Below, one piece after another: positions 39,223-52,955 of a stretch of DNA of 64,000 nucleotides. How positions within the stretch are numbered: position 1 is the stretch's first letter; every line of letters begins with the position of its first letter. Under the pieces are notes generated by a model. It did not search any database and had not been told where the DNA came from. It was given only the letters and a program-made list of their open reading frames with translations. Origin of the DNA: Neodothiora populina (Eukaryota); NCBI RefSeq assembly GCF_041146345.1, contig NW_027191404.1, positions 62,001 to 126,000 on the forward strand, given 5' to 3'. The position numbers and the translations under genes are program-made.

Positions 39223-41694
39223 ATGCAAACCAGCCATGGCCAATGGTCCCATGCTCAGTCTATGGCGCCGTCGCAAGACATGACCTGGTCCGAACACGAG
39301 TCACAGCCCTCACACCCGACCGACACCGACGCCCATAATCAACAGGTCCAGGGCCAATTACTACAACAAATTCCACAGTTTGATTCATCACAGGTTGTTT
39401 CCGGGTCTACATCTGGTGCAGCTGCTAATCACAGTCACGCCGATACAACCACTTCTGGTGCTGCCGCTGCTTCTACTACCGCTACTAATTCTTCCGCTCG
39501 TCCGCACAGAGATCGTCCTTGTGGTAATCAGCAACTTCCATGTAAGCTATGCTCTGTCAAGATCACGATAATAACCTGTCGCTGCAGATGCGTGCCGACG
39601 TCGCAAGACTCGATGCGTCAAGGATGAGGGTCGCGAGAAATGCGTTCTGTGCAACTTCCACGCCCAGGAGTGCACCTATCTCCATGAGCCTGTCGCCAGA
39701 AATAGGAAGCGCAAAGCATCCACTGAGCGTGCGCGAAAGGCCAAACTGTCCACCCGTGCTAATCCTGGCATTGAGGAGTATGACGAGTATCATGGCCAGA
39801 CCATTCTGCGCAAAACTCTCGGCCTGATGAACAAGCACCACGCTCACTACGTTGGTATGACTGAGCCCTTTTCCTTTCCTCGATTCTGCTTGCCCGTGGG
39901 TTCCAGCCTCAAGAATGTTCAAGGCGGGCAGGTAACCATCCGCAAGGTGGGTCAGGAGACCATTTTTACGATCCACGAAGATCAAGGCACTGTGGGCTAC
40001 GACAGCGAAGACTCTCGGCGCGATGCCATACAGGACATCGTTGGTCCGCATGGCCCTGAGCTAGTCCGTCTCTACTTTCGTGTCGTTCACCCCTCATTCC
40101 CCATCGTCCATAAAGGCGTCTGGTTGGAGAAGTATGACAGAAGCGTGCGAGAGTTTACAGCTGCTTCCCTTGGCGCAATGTATCTGCTAGCCTCATCATA
40201 TTGGGCCTACAGTCCGATATTGGCCGACGTTCCTAAACCTGACTTCACTCGACTATGGCACCTTGCTATGGAGTCATTCGACTACACTATATTTCGCCCG
40301 AAGTTGTCATCTGTACAAGCGGGTCTACTTTTAGCGCAATATGAGAGCACCGACGGCGGCGTTATCTCCAACGGATCTCGAGGCAAACTTACTGCGCATC
40401 TCATAAGCATCGCTCACAAAGTGGGACTTCATCTCGACCCTACCAATTGGTGTGGACTCATTCGCTCCATCATCTCCGCAAGATCCTTTCGCTAACCTCT
40501 TCGATAGGGACATTCCCGAATGGGAAGTTGGCCTGCGGCGACGTCTGGCTTGGGCTCTCTACATGCAGGACAAATGGGTGGCGCTAGTGGAAGGCCGACC
40601 ACCCTTGATCTCCGACCTAAATTGGTGCGTTGGTATGTGCCAACTACATGATTTTCCTGAAATCCAGGAACATGACGAGGAAGGAAGCTCGGAGGTGGAA
40701 AAGGGTCGCACAATGTTTCTCCAGATGGTCCATCTGACTCAGATTCTTTCCCACTTGCTGGACGGCGTTCACAACCTCCGGGCTCATTACGCTATACAAA
40801 GCGCGCCCGATCCTTTGCGAAAGCTTCTCGAGGTCGTTCAACCCTTACAAATCAGACTCAAGGATTGGTATGCGTCTATGCGCGAGACACTGCGTATGGA
40901 CAATGCGACCGCTCTGAAATTATCAGCCACAGGTATGTGTTGACCATCGTAGCATTAGATGTCGGTTGCGCACCGTGTATGAGCTACTAGTTCTGACAAG
41001 TTCGCACCTAGGTTACCTTCGTCTAGCCTACCTAGCGCTGGAGATTAGCATACATCGCCGGATCATCTGCCAGGCTTGCAGTGTCGATATAGAGCCACAG
41101 CTTCTGCAAGTTTGCCGCACCGCAGCCCGTGCCCGCTTCCTCAGCGCCATCGAATTTGTTGACAGTCTGAAGGCACAACATCTGACTTCATTCTGGTACT
41201 TCAGCTCTACAGCTTCGATGACTCTCTTGATCTCTTTTGGTAACTTGTTACTCGGTTCGGCTGTTGATCCCGAAGAGCGACAATTCTACCTTAACAAGAT
41301 GAAAGAATTTCGATGGACGTTGAAACTGAATGGAGAAGCTGGCGCAAAGTTCATCAAGCCAGCACTTGCAGCCATGATCATAGATCCGGACGAGTTGTGC
41401 CAAAAGCGCATGGGAGAGTTCTGGGTCGGAGGAAGCCCAGCCACGACTGGCTCAGGCGCAAGTTATGGCTTCTCGCCTCCAGCTGGTCTTGACTCGGCCG
41501 CATTCGGGACGACAAGGTTGAACACTGCATCGGTTGTACAAACACCCTTGACATCATGGCAAGGCGCAACCCCGACGTACGATAATCTCGTCACGCCTGC
41601 TATGCCAGACATGACAGAGTACCTGAACGCATATGCCTGGATGCCGCCTACATTCGATGGTGATCAGAATCCCCAATTTCATAGCGGACAATAA
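39223..41694 (+). CDS. Zn(II)2Cys6 transcription factor with Fungal_trans domain (Dal81/TamA-like); exons 39223..39523, 39588..40449, 40508..40932, 41012..41694
   Basis: Spliced cluster RPC|DACRRRKTRC-x7-CVLC-x6-CTY; LVRLYFRVVHPSFP, KLSSVQAGLLL, GLHLDPTNW|DIPEWEVGLRRRLAWAL, GYLRLAYL, HLTSFWYF. The zinc cluster is not visible in the ORF track. Confidence 0.9.
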
Positions 41695-43577
41695 AATGAT
41701 TGTCCAGATTGACTAAATGGACACGAAGCTGCAAACAGGCGAATGCAGTGGTGACGGAGTGGCTCGGTGACTGAGCAACTCATGGTGTGCATTCGTCAAA
41801 GCTTTTTCCAGCTAGAGAGCTGAGACTGGCGACTCAACAACACGTCGCATCCGATTTCATCGATCTTGCGTGTTGCCCATGGACTTTTCACAGCCGATTG
41901 ACCTCGCTCGCATCGCCACGTGGAGGACATTCATCTACTAAGTATCACAGCCAACACAATGGTATATCGGACACCTTCCTGTACCGCTGGTACCGTTCAG
42001 ATCCGACCAGACCGGCTATCCTCCATACGGATACATGGTTGGAGCAATCTATCGAAGCGAGAGCGAATACGGGTCTCTCAATTAATAACCAAGCCACTGT
42101 AACCCCGCAAGCACTAGATCCGCAGTATCAATCGAAAATACCCGTGCTTCGTCGCACCTTGTGGATACCGACTTCCTCTGGCTGTCGATACTAGCTTTTC
42201 TTGCCTATACCCACGCACGATGTAAATCTCGTCTTGTAGGGTGTTCCAGCCGTAAGAACGATCAAGTCGATTCGCGACTTCTCCAACCGAATTATTGATC
42301 AACTACGAAGCAGCGCGTGGCAGGCAATACGTGAAATGTCTCTCTATCTGTCTCTCGCACACTGTTTGACTCAGCATACATTTCCCGTTATCTACACATA
42401 CAAAACCATAGTTTCCCATGCTACATTCTACAGCGCATCTGCACGTTCGCCTCAAACACCTAGATTATGATCAAGATCACGCATCTTGATATCTTTGTGT
42501 GTCTTGAGCGTTTACATGCTTGTTTACCTAAAGAATACGTAGAGTACAGTACACAGACATCCATCCATCCATACATCCATACATCCATACATCGAGAGAA
42601 GCCCTAAAGATCAACCCGAAGCGTCTTAACGTCTTATTCCCACGAAGATCTGAGACAGTAACCTCCGGCCGGTCGGCGAGATGACGATGGAGAAGAGAGA
42701 CTTTTCGGAGAATAAATCTGTACATGACCGCGTGCGTGGAGCCATCACATGTGAATCTGGTAGTAGATCTCGGTTTTCTGACATCACAGCTTCTACACAT
42801 GTGTCTGAGATGGCTGGGCCCGGAGCGGTCTCCACCCACGATGGTGTTTTACTTTTCTACATGATGGTTGACAGTAGTGACTCCCTTTTATGCGCTTCTC
42901 AAAGAGGGCAATGCAGAAGTAAGGCAGACAAAGAAGAAGAAGAGCAGCAGCCCTAACGAGTCCCCTGCCCAGCTAATCCGAGTCAACCGTCAGGAAGGTA
43001 ATACAGTAGTAGAGATACTTCATGTAACCCTACCACAGCCCGACCCAACTACACGGTCCCAAGCTCTCATCTTTAGAACGGACAAAAAGAGATGAGAACG
43101 CCAATATGAATCACACACACACACCCACCTCCTTGGACGAAATCGAAGACAACGGCTTGCTAGCTCCAAAAGTCAATCTCCTACTACGACTGCTACACCG
43201 GACTGAGATCTTCTCCTCGGGTATCGGCCAATCTATTAGCTGAAGGGGCAAGGCGAAGTAGGGTAGCTAGCACACATACAGTACCTTACTTGTAGATGCA
43301 TCTGCTTGAATGTTTCAGTGTCGAGGGTTTTTTTGCCGATACCGAGCGCGTGGGTGGTTGGGTTTCGTCTATACATGCTGCTCTTCTTGTCACACGCAAA
43401 CATGCGCGCGTGGAGCGGTTGCTCTTGTCCTACTTGCGTAAGGTAGTCTACTGTACATAACTCGACGAGATCAAAAACATCACACCCAGCCCCGAAGACT
43501 CAAACACAAAAGGCATGGCCCACCCACAATCACAGCCGCCAAAAAGGTCGCTCGCAACCAGCGCGAATAGTAGGAAT

Positions 43578-43664
43578 AGCCGAAGGCGGGGCTCGAACCC
43601 GCGACCTTGAGGTTGTCTCTGTATGAATAAGAGCCACACGCTCTACCGATTGAGCTACCCCGGC
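43578..43664 (-). tRNA. tRNA-Lys(CTT) with a 14-nt intron
   Basis: Reverse complement GCCGGGG TA GCTC AATCGGTA GAGC G TGTGG CT CTT A [ttcatacagagaca] A CCTCA AGGTC GCGGG TTCGAGC CCCGC CTTCGGC T. A and B boxes present, 73 nt after splicing, T5 tract ~33 nt downstream. Confidence 0.92.
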
Positions 43665-44056
43665 AAGGTCTGAATTGATCAAGTTAGTCGCTCTGCGAGG
43701 ACTGGCTTTTGCTGGTTGCAATTGACTTGTTGCGTCGGTCAGGTTCTGCGGTATATATAGTTTTATTTTTAGCGGGTGTGGGCTTTTCCCCTTGATTTGC
43801 GGTGATGTCTTGGATGTTTGCAGTGAATCCATTGAGCTATGGAAAGTACAATGGAAAGTACAGACGAAAACGTGAACAGAGAAAGACAAATTGTATGGTC
43901 GTAAGACTTGTGTTGCTCACATCCATGTCATATATCGTAATGAGTAGCAGAAATGCCGCTTGGCTCGCTTGTTAGGACAGAACAATTGGTAAGGAAAAAG
44001 AAAAAAACTTGAAAGTGAAGAAGAGAAGAGCAAAGAAAAGAAAAGGCACGAAATCA

Positions 44057-45924
44057 TCAGCATGAGCAAAGTCCCCAGTCGCAGACAGCGCTCTGCTCGT
44101 AATAAACCCTCGGATATCCTGAAGACATGGGGACAGGCAGGTTGCCACTGTCGTCAACAGTAGCGCTTGTGCAACCCAGCACTTCCATGACCTGGGTCCC
44201 AGAAGTCCATCCTGTGTTGCCCAGACTCAACGTGTAATCGTCTCCACCGTCCAGTCCCAGATTAGTCAGGACACTGATGCTCTGTGTGCCATCGTAGCCT
44301 TTGCGCATAGCTATGGTGGACGTGTCCCCGTAGATGACGTAGTTGTTGTAATCCAGATAATCAGACGCTGCGCTGATGGCATGATTCCTCAAAGCGTTCA
44401 GCTTAGCAGTGAGCGTATACAATGCAGATGTGGTATCGAATCCACTCAACCATAGAGCTTCGCGATTATAGGGGTCGTTCGAACCTCCGAGAGCATCGTA
44501 GTGTTGTTCTTGTCCCTGGTAGACGATGGGGATGCCATCTGCTAGAATAGTGAACGAGAGAATGTTCTGTGCGAGAGACATGTCGCCAGTCACCGAGGCA
44601 AAACGGGGCTGATCGTGGTTCTCGGAGAAAGTGCACAGCGCTGTGACGTCGGAGCAGGTAGATTTGACCGAGTTTACCATGCTCGAGAGAGCGGACATGT
44701 CACCTGATGTACTTGAGAATGCTGCGAAGAGAGGAAAGTAACTAGTGCGGATTCGGTCAGTATTGTTTGACGATGACAAGAAAAGTGAAAACGCGACCTT
44801 GGACACTCATGTGAAGAATTGAAGGGAAGTGAAATCTTACATAGCATAGTTCAGAACACTTGGAAGGTAATTCTGCCCCTCACAGACTGTGTTGACATCG
44901 TCATTGTTGTATTCGCCGGTGGCGAACATGTCTGCCGCGCTCATGAAGCCGGACCAGAATCCGCGGTTCACTTCCATAGCAGTATCAATGCGAAGTCCGT
45001 CGACTGGTGTGAGTTGACATGTTAGTGAACCGTTTCTCGGCGTGCTAATTCATGCTGGTGGCTGTGATCATGCAAGATGGGAAGAAGAATCACAAGTGGC
45101 ACTTACTAGAGTACTCCGAGACAAGCTGTGAGATCCAAGTCTGATAGCCGGAAGCGACGCTATCACTCTCTGTTTTGAGATCAACCAGCTCAAGAGATGA
45201 GTCACCCATCCAGCACTGTGTAAGGCTAGTGCTATTGTCATAGTCGATTGGGCAGTAAGGGTGGTAATCATCTTGGCTGTTGAATGGGTTGAAGGCGGAA
45301 TAATCAACGCTGTCGGAGTCGCCAGCCCATCCATTGTGGTTAACAACTATATCTACCATAAGATACTGCAGCGTTTGTCAATCAACCGGTAGTCTCGAGA
45401 AAAACATGTTTATGACACGTACCATGCCTCGGTCATGAAGAACACTTGCCAGTGACTGTAAGTCGGAGGCAGTACCGAAGTTCGAATTGATTTGGTAAAG
45501 GTCTTGTTGCCAGTAGCCGTGATAAGCTTCTCCTGCATCAGTGGTCCCCTGGACCTGGAAGGTGACAGGTGAGATCCAGATCTGGACAAGGATCCGTGTC
45601 AGCAGTCACCGCAGGGAATAAGGGACGAATTACTTACAGCCGTGAACCCCATGCCCTGAATGTAGTCGAGGTGACTTATAATCCCTTGGAAGGTACCACC
45701 ACAGTACGCGCGATCTTCGGTATTGCATGGTGCAGTTGTACTGCCGTCTGTACGGGAATATCTGAACAATGTGTTAGACAATCAGCCAAGCTGTTGTCAC
45801 GTCACGAGAAAACCCACCTATCGGTCAACACTTGGTATATCGACCTTGAACGCCAGTCTGCCGTGGAGGCTGCAATGGTTTGTCCGCAAAGGGCAAAGAT
45901 GATGCTGAGAGGTAGAAATAACAT
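44057..45924 (-). CDS. Secreted GH13 alpha-amylase (Taka/acid-amylase type, no CBM20); exons 45924..45818, 45761..45638, 45581..45423, 45365..45107, 45003..44841, 44741..44057
   Basis: Signal peptide then [52 protein letters not shown]. Catalytic triad in DGLRID, GE and ENHD. Five canonical introns keep frame. Confidence 0.95.
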
Positions 45925-46076
45925 TTTGCTCGAGCAAGAATGTGAGTGTTGCTCAATTTTATGTGTAAGGATTTGAGGTGAAGGAATAATCAGCTGCTAG
46001 TGAGGTAGACTTTCGGCTTTGTCACTTCGGCATGTGATAGCTATCGAGCTGATGTGTGGGAGAACAAGCCTATGAG

Positions 46077-46171
46077 GCGGAGGATCCTTTATATAATGTA
46101 TACAACACAGGACCAGTCAGTGTCCTGTCTGGCTCAGTTGTAACCTTGTGGACCGATCCGGCGCAGGTCCG
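46077..46171 (-). promoter_or_regulatory. Amylase promoter: TATA box, AmyR-type CGG-N8-CGG and CreA-type SYGGRG
   Basis: Minus-strand TATATAAA ~46088-46095; CGGACCTGCGCCGG at 46158-46171; GCGGAG at 46077-46082. Confidence 0.55.
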
Positions 46172-49100
46172 ATGTGCGTCACTTGGTCTTCCAGCAACCT
46201 CGTGTTGTCGGGTCTCTGCGTTGTAGCGAGATCTGGTCGGGGCCGAGAAGAAGCAGGACGTTGTGGCCCTGTTCAGACCGCGTGGACACTTTGCCTGCAG
46301 CGTAGATCTCGCTCACAAGGACAGAAGTCAGTGAAGGCCGAAACTAGAGTAAGGCAATCAAATGTAATCGACCGATCAGCCGCGAAAGCAATGGAAAAGG
46401 AAGTCGCGTCCACTGTTATAGGCAAATCAAAATGACGGAATAAAGCACAATGGGAAAGTATAAGGTAACTACCTTCTACGAGTACGAGACCTCCTTCCTT
46501 AACCACCAACCTAGGCTTCTAGCACTTAGTGCGAATGTCACTGCCACATCATCTTACGGCGTTTGACGGGGAGTACATCGGCAGGCTGTATTACCAGCTG
46601 ACATGTTCTGGAAGGAAAGCACCAATTTGGTCATCATTGGCCCGCACAATTCAACGTGGACAAACCTGAGAAGTTTACATTGGTGTGCTATACTATCGGG
46701 CAAAGCGCAACCAAGAGTCACGGGTTTGGCTTATGGCCAGCCCCAGAGGCAAAAAAGCGCGTATTGAGCCCCAATGATTGGCGCATAGGATCAGCGAGTA
46801 ACAATCCGGTGACCGTTATAGTACAACACAATCCTGTCCTCTAGTTGGAGGATCTCGGTCGAGTCAAAACAAACGGGCTGTTATAGAGAAATTGTTAGGC
46901 TAGAGAAGGTTCTTTGCGCGCACCGGAACCATTCCAGTTGTCCATTCGCATGGCTTCGTTGGTGCTTTTTTTGCGGGGTAAAGTACAGTATCTTGGCTTT
47001 GCTGCAACGTCGCATACAGTGTGCGCAACTACTACTAGTGAAGTCTCACGGCAGACATTAGCCATGTGCTCGATCGCCCCACGATCAAGGGTGTCATGGG
47101 GTTACCTTGCTAGAGTGCAGATGTCGCACTGATCTGCTCCTCTGCCTTGCCATGCGCCTTACAGATTTGACATGGGCAACCTCCACTACTAGGGCCGGGT
47201 GAAAGAAGGTATTTGCCGTCCTAGATCAGGAACCTTAGGCGTCACGCTCGTCCTCGACAGTATCATATCCACGGAAATACTCTTGGGAATGCGATGGATG
47301 GCTGCGCAGAGCCGAGACTGAAGAGCATGTCCTGCATCTTAGCCACCAGCTGCATCTTAACAAGCCATTGCGGCATAGGTACAGCTGGCGAGTATCTGTA
47401 TCCTTCGATAGGATACTCATCCGGAGAATGTTGTCGGAACATATCACTACATGGCGTTCAATGGAACCGCACACCTTCGTCAGACCGCAGGGCAGGCGAT
47501 GCGCGTGGCAAGACTACACGCGTTTAGGCGACCAGAGCCTTCTGCCGGCTCTTCGGCCCCAAAGCCTTCGATAGCAAAGGCACATGTCGGTGCTCCGTTC
47601 ATATTATCTTCTGCGAGACGTAGAAGCGTGTTGCATGGTATAGTACTTCGTACCTTGGCAATACGAATGTGAATGATACATGTTTCGGATTGCTTCGGCG
47701 TGATACTCCGTTGCTTTGATGATGTGTTAGTCGAATATTGAGACCTGACTCAGACTCAGAAAGACATGAGACATAGGTAAAGCCTCGTCTGCTATTATAG
47801 CAAAATATGAGGCTGCAGATTGTTGGCTTCTGGCGCAAAGCAACCTTGATGCTTTGGTGGAGTCGTATATTGGGAAGGTGGTCCATCGGTGATTAGACGG
47901 GAAACATTGCTTCTGGATGGCCCCAGTACAGCAGGCGACCGTGTGTATGTCGGCTCCTACACGTGCTGCCCCTCATGTGCGACTCACAGAGGAGGAACTA
48001 AAGATGCACCGAGTCGATCAGACACCCAGGTGAGAGCGGATCCCAGAATACGTCGATAGCAAAGTACCCACCTGTTGTAGAGTGATAAGCTGTGCTGTCA
48101 GCAACAAGTAGAGAGTCAAGATGTTGAGGTAGCAAGTAAGCTCCCACGACTTATGACTCGAAGTCGTGACGGTCATAATGATGGCCAGAATATGCGCCTC
48201 ACGGCAGCTACCATGGGAGAACAGAATGCATTGATTACATGCTCGTCGATCACGACAATCTTGTGCCTCAGTGTATCTACGAGTTTTGGATGACAGATCA
48301 CACGATGCACGTAGTGTGAGTGTGTCCTAGCTGATTGTATGTGTATATGTGAAGGATGCAGTACTTAAGGTAGGTACACAACACCTTCTCATACCTTACC
48401 TTCCATACCTTCTTGACCGAGGTCATTAGGTGGAAGTCCAAGAATGTGCCTCGATGTCGACGGTCGGTCCCCTGAACATATTCCACTGTGGTCTCGTTGG
48501 CGCTCTACCACAACGTCTCCTCTTTGTATTGCTTGTATATTGATCGCTATGCTTGTGGCATGTTTAGCTTGTGATGAATGTGGGTGTAATAACGATTGAC
48601 CGGCAATTGAGAGCCAATGGACGTCTTGTCACATCAAATACATTCTCCATTGGCCATCGTTGTGCGACCACTTCTTCGACCTTGACTGGCCGAGCCAGAG
48701 CTTAACATTCCCAAATGTTGGTCTGATTGGTTTCAGGTATATTGCTTCCATGCATACTTCGAAATGTTGCAACACTGTAACCCACCTGCAAGTAATCATG
48801 ATAACGCCGAAGCCTCGGCATGTTCGCACGTACATACAGTATCTCACACCTAAGGATCCGACGCGTAGCAAAAGAGCAACAATCCCTGCCTACACATCAG
48901 TGCCGATTATTGCATGGATGAGGCTTGAAGGAGGCTGTAGCACCGGCATGTCGAACAGAGGATGTCCCCTAGCTGACAGTCCTGATGGCATTGCTCCTCC
49001 TTTTACCCTGCATAAGTGATCTACCGGCTCTTTAGCGATACTCCGACGTACATCGATTTTAAGCGATAAACGGCGCAATACTTCTGACTGCGTTTCCAGC

Positions 49101-52100
49101 TTGATTTCAGTTGTCTTTGGGCATCAATGGAACCAATGTGTTCGGCAGGTGGACCTCCAGGTGTAACAATCTTCCCAAATATCCCCCGTCCTGTGCGAAG
49201 CAGGAGGAGTCCTATAATTTCTCCGGTATTGGTGTTGCTACAAGACAGCGCCTGTACTCATGATTGTACATAACTGACGCTGTGATACCAATCAAGGTGC
49301 GCAGAAAGGATGTTGTAACATCCAGCCAGCCTACGTTATGCGCTCGTGGTCGTATGCAACGTATACGTGCGGAGAATGATGATTCTTGAGCACAAGTGCT
49401 TCGAATCACCAATTTTGTTAGGCAAGCTTACGCCAGCTGAGATTGCATCAGCATGTAGTTCCCACTCTGTAGCTGGGGTTGCTTACACGGGCAGAAGGAA
49501 CCTCACAGTACTGCGAACTAGGTGTCGTGTTCATGGACGTAGGTACTTGATCTAGTGCTCCCTTCGTTCAACCCCTCATATCAGTCCGCTTCCCTTCATT
49601 CAAAGCTTTCGACTCCGTCGCATACGTGCGACAAGATTCGCTGTACGGACAGCGGATACCCAGGAGTAACGGCGCTTCGAGCGATATTCGATCCCGGTAC
49701 ACGGATGCCACTCACTGATCATTTCAAGATCATTCGTAGTTAGGTTACCAAGGACTGTGATCCAGCTCTCTTGCGGGTTCAACGGCAACATCAACAGCGG
49801 AGAGTGGTCCAATCTTATGTTTGTAGACCATGTCGTTGGAGCTCTTCGGATGAGGCCCCATAGGTCCCAGTGATTCGCGCATATAAAAGACCATTGACTA
49901 GCTTTGCCTCTATTTTAGTATTCTCTGAGGTCAAGTAACGCTGTGTACCGCATTAACGCACCATCCTCGAATGCTGCTGCTAGATCATGTATAGTGCTTG
50001 GACCAACACTTCTGTGCAATATAGATCCTCGAAGCTCTCCTACCTCTACGCTTTAGGACCCGAGACTGCTAGCAAGTCACCTTCAGGATGTGCGCCTGGG
50101 TCATATCGCGACAGGCGCACCTGAATCTCGTGATGCAGGTAGAGGTCCAATGTGCCATTCCAGTGATTGTCACTCTCCCGTGCCTCTCTTTACAGATGAA
50201 TCTGACTGCGAAGAGGCAGCTTGAGTTTCATCGTCCATAACACCAGCTGCTCACGTATGTATGCTTACGTGATTGCCAGTAGATGAGCTAGCTGGGCAAT
50301 ATATTTAGGACAGCAGCCTCGTCACCTGTACGCGCAGAGTCGATGGCGAAATTGAGGTTTTGTCACATTCTGTAGCAAAGAGACTGTATAAGTTGATGGC
50401 GCTATTGCGGATAGGTCGGAGTCGGGCGGATGGATGACTTCTCCACCCACAGCAAATATACGGATGAAACATAGTCAATTCATATAGGTGTAACCATCGC
50501 TTTGCCAGGAGCGCCTGGGGAAGACATCCTGAACGGGAAATGTTTGGCGGCACCTTCGTGTATGGACTTGGAAAGTGGGCCGCATTGGAGTTCGCGGCCA
50601 TGTTGAATACCTTGCCCCTAAATAGAGGCTTGCATGCGTCGACAGTGCTAATGCATTGTCGAAGAGCACTCGTCGCGCATGCAACACTTTGGTGATAATC
50701 ATTGCTGAGATTTAAATCAAGCGTGACTAGACAGTAATGTGACGGTGTTCGATATGCGAGGAGAATAGGCGGTAAAGCAAGTCGTCGAGTTTGACAACGG
50801 AAGTGTAGCGCTAGGTCGGGCCGGGAACAGATTTCGGGCATCAGACATAGCTCCGACCATCGTACCATGGGTGTGGTCCAAGGTATGATCTGTAAAGGCT
50901 CTACATCAACGACCTACCCTTTGTTGATACTCCTGAGACGAGTCAGCGATACGCAGAGATTCTTGTCTAGTCTATGCTTTGCGGTGTCGACACTTGTGCT
51001 TTTTGTTATATACTCCGTACTTGCTTTGTCATTGATGATCTGATCTGGCCACGCCGAAGATGATACCAGTGCTCTTGCAACTACGCCTATACATCTACTG
51101 ATTTGTTGCGTATTGTCGACTTTTAGCTCCGGTAGTTCACATATGCACCGTCTGATGTATATACGGTTTCTTGAACATCCGCAGACTTCCTCGTGTTCCG
51201 CAGCTCGAAAGGTGTGAGATATGCGGCCTGAGTTGCCATGCCCTGCATTTCACATGTGAATGGGCCCTTAAGCCGTCATCAATTCCGCAAACGCCGCGGG
51301 AGAAAAATCGCTGTGCTTCATCACACGAAAGTCTGCAACTCCTTCGTGAGAGGCTTACCTGATTTGGGCTGAAATTGTCATGCGATCATGAGGCTCTGCA
51401 GTATCTTCGAAATATTTGGTGACTCAACTGCCAGTACCCTAACCATCTCATCGTCACTTTGAAAGGTCCTCACACCTACAAAGAATTTTTTTCGAGGTCA
51501 AATGATCTCATCACTAAGCGCTAGTGACTCGGGAAGACACGACCTAACGGGAACTAACTCTTATGGCGCAAGAAATGCTTGTCTTGTAGCTTTTGTCAAC
51601 CTTAATCCATCCCTGTACTAGATACCACGACCCTGAGTACATGGAAGATTGGTGTTATGATTTGGCACGGGTGAGAAACGTCGCCGTCTAATTAATTATC
51701 TGCCTGAGGATGTTGTTTGTTGCACGGTGTTAGCAGACAATATAACGGGAGACAGCATATGAGTACACGCGAGACAACACATAACGTTCTGTTGCCGTGA
51801 GGATCCGCGGGAAAAGCTGGGGGATCCTCCGCAGTGTCGCTATACTGGACGTGCGAGAAGTCACCGAAGTGGTAAAAACAGGTCTGTCCAGCGTTCTGGA
51901 AGCACCCAATTAGCTATACCGTCATGAACCAAGAGTATGTCGCATCCAAAAGCAGTCTCAAGGAAGTCAGTTACATATTTAGCGCCTTGATTAGCTGCAG
52001 AAATAAGTGAATGTAGGTGGACGATGATGCCGTGTGGTCCGATTCAAGCTGTCTTACAGCGGGTTGCAGAACGCAGAAGCTTCGACCTTGACATCACGCC

Positions 52101-52296
52101 GATGACGTCGTCATCCGTACGTTTCCAACATCCAGATCAGCTGGACCATTCATAAGCAATCGAAGGTATCCTGTATCTCAAAATCTTGCTCTTCTCCAGA
52201 TCTAGCGACATTTTTTTCACCAGTCCGCACTCAGAAAGCAAATCTTTTGCCACCTCAATCACCTAGTTTTTCCCCACTCCTCACAACACCGCAAAA

Positions 52297-52955
52297 ATGG
52301 TTGCAAAGGCGATTAACTTGGCGATGCGCGGCTTCGAGGTATGCGCCCGGTCCAGTCAACGCTCATTGCGACTGAGAAATCGCATTGAGATGTGAGATGA
52401 TTTACTAACGAAATGGCAGTTCATTTGGGCGCTTCTCATCATGTCCCTTGTTGGTAACATGATCGCAACTGCTTACGCTGGCAACCCATCTCTTGTCAAC
52501 TACGACATGTTCGTGTCGGTATTTGCCATGGTGTCGTTATTCTACCTTATCCCGGCCACCCTCAAGGAGTCGTTCCAAGGCCACCCTCTCGTCATGGTTG
52601 TTCTCGACGCACTCAACGCGATCTTCTTCTTCTGCGGAGCTGTCGCCATGGCTGCTGAGCTCCACGTGCACAGCTGCAGCAACCGAGTACGTCTAAACAG
52701 ACCCTGTCTATTGTAATATGATAAGTTAACAGACAACAGTCTTACACCCTCTCCAACCACATTACCAACGGCTCTCACAACACTGAGAAGCGCTGCCGTG
52801 AGGCCCAGGCTTCGACCGCATTCCTGTGGTTCGGCTTCGCTGCCTTCACCGCATCTGCCGTATTCTCGGGTATGCAGGGCAGCGGTTCCAGCCTCAACAT
52901 GCGCCGTGGTGGCGCTGGTGGCATCAGAAAGGGCCCTGCCATGAGCCAAGTTTAA
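52297..52955 (+). CDS. NCE102: Nce102 MARVEL-domain eisosome/MCC tetraspan protein; exons 52297..52338, 52420..52686, 52740..52955
   Basis: NPSLVNYDMFV, LHVHSCSN, ITNGS..EKRCREAQASTAFLWF, C-terminus GPAMSQV; two GT-AG introns. Confidence 0.92.

Noticed and set aside
43040..43903. Short matches to fungal 5S rRNA (GTAGTTGGGTCGG near 43040; TACGACCATAC near 43893; minus strand)
   Set aside because: Only 11-13 nt each, far apart, and flanks do not match 5S
51799..51829. GAGGATCC..GGATCCTC inverted repeat
   Set aside because: Only 8 bp with a self-palindromic core; expected by chance
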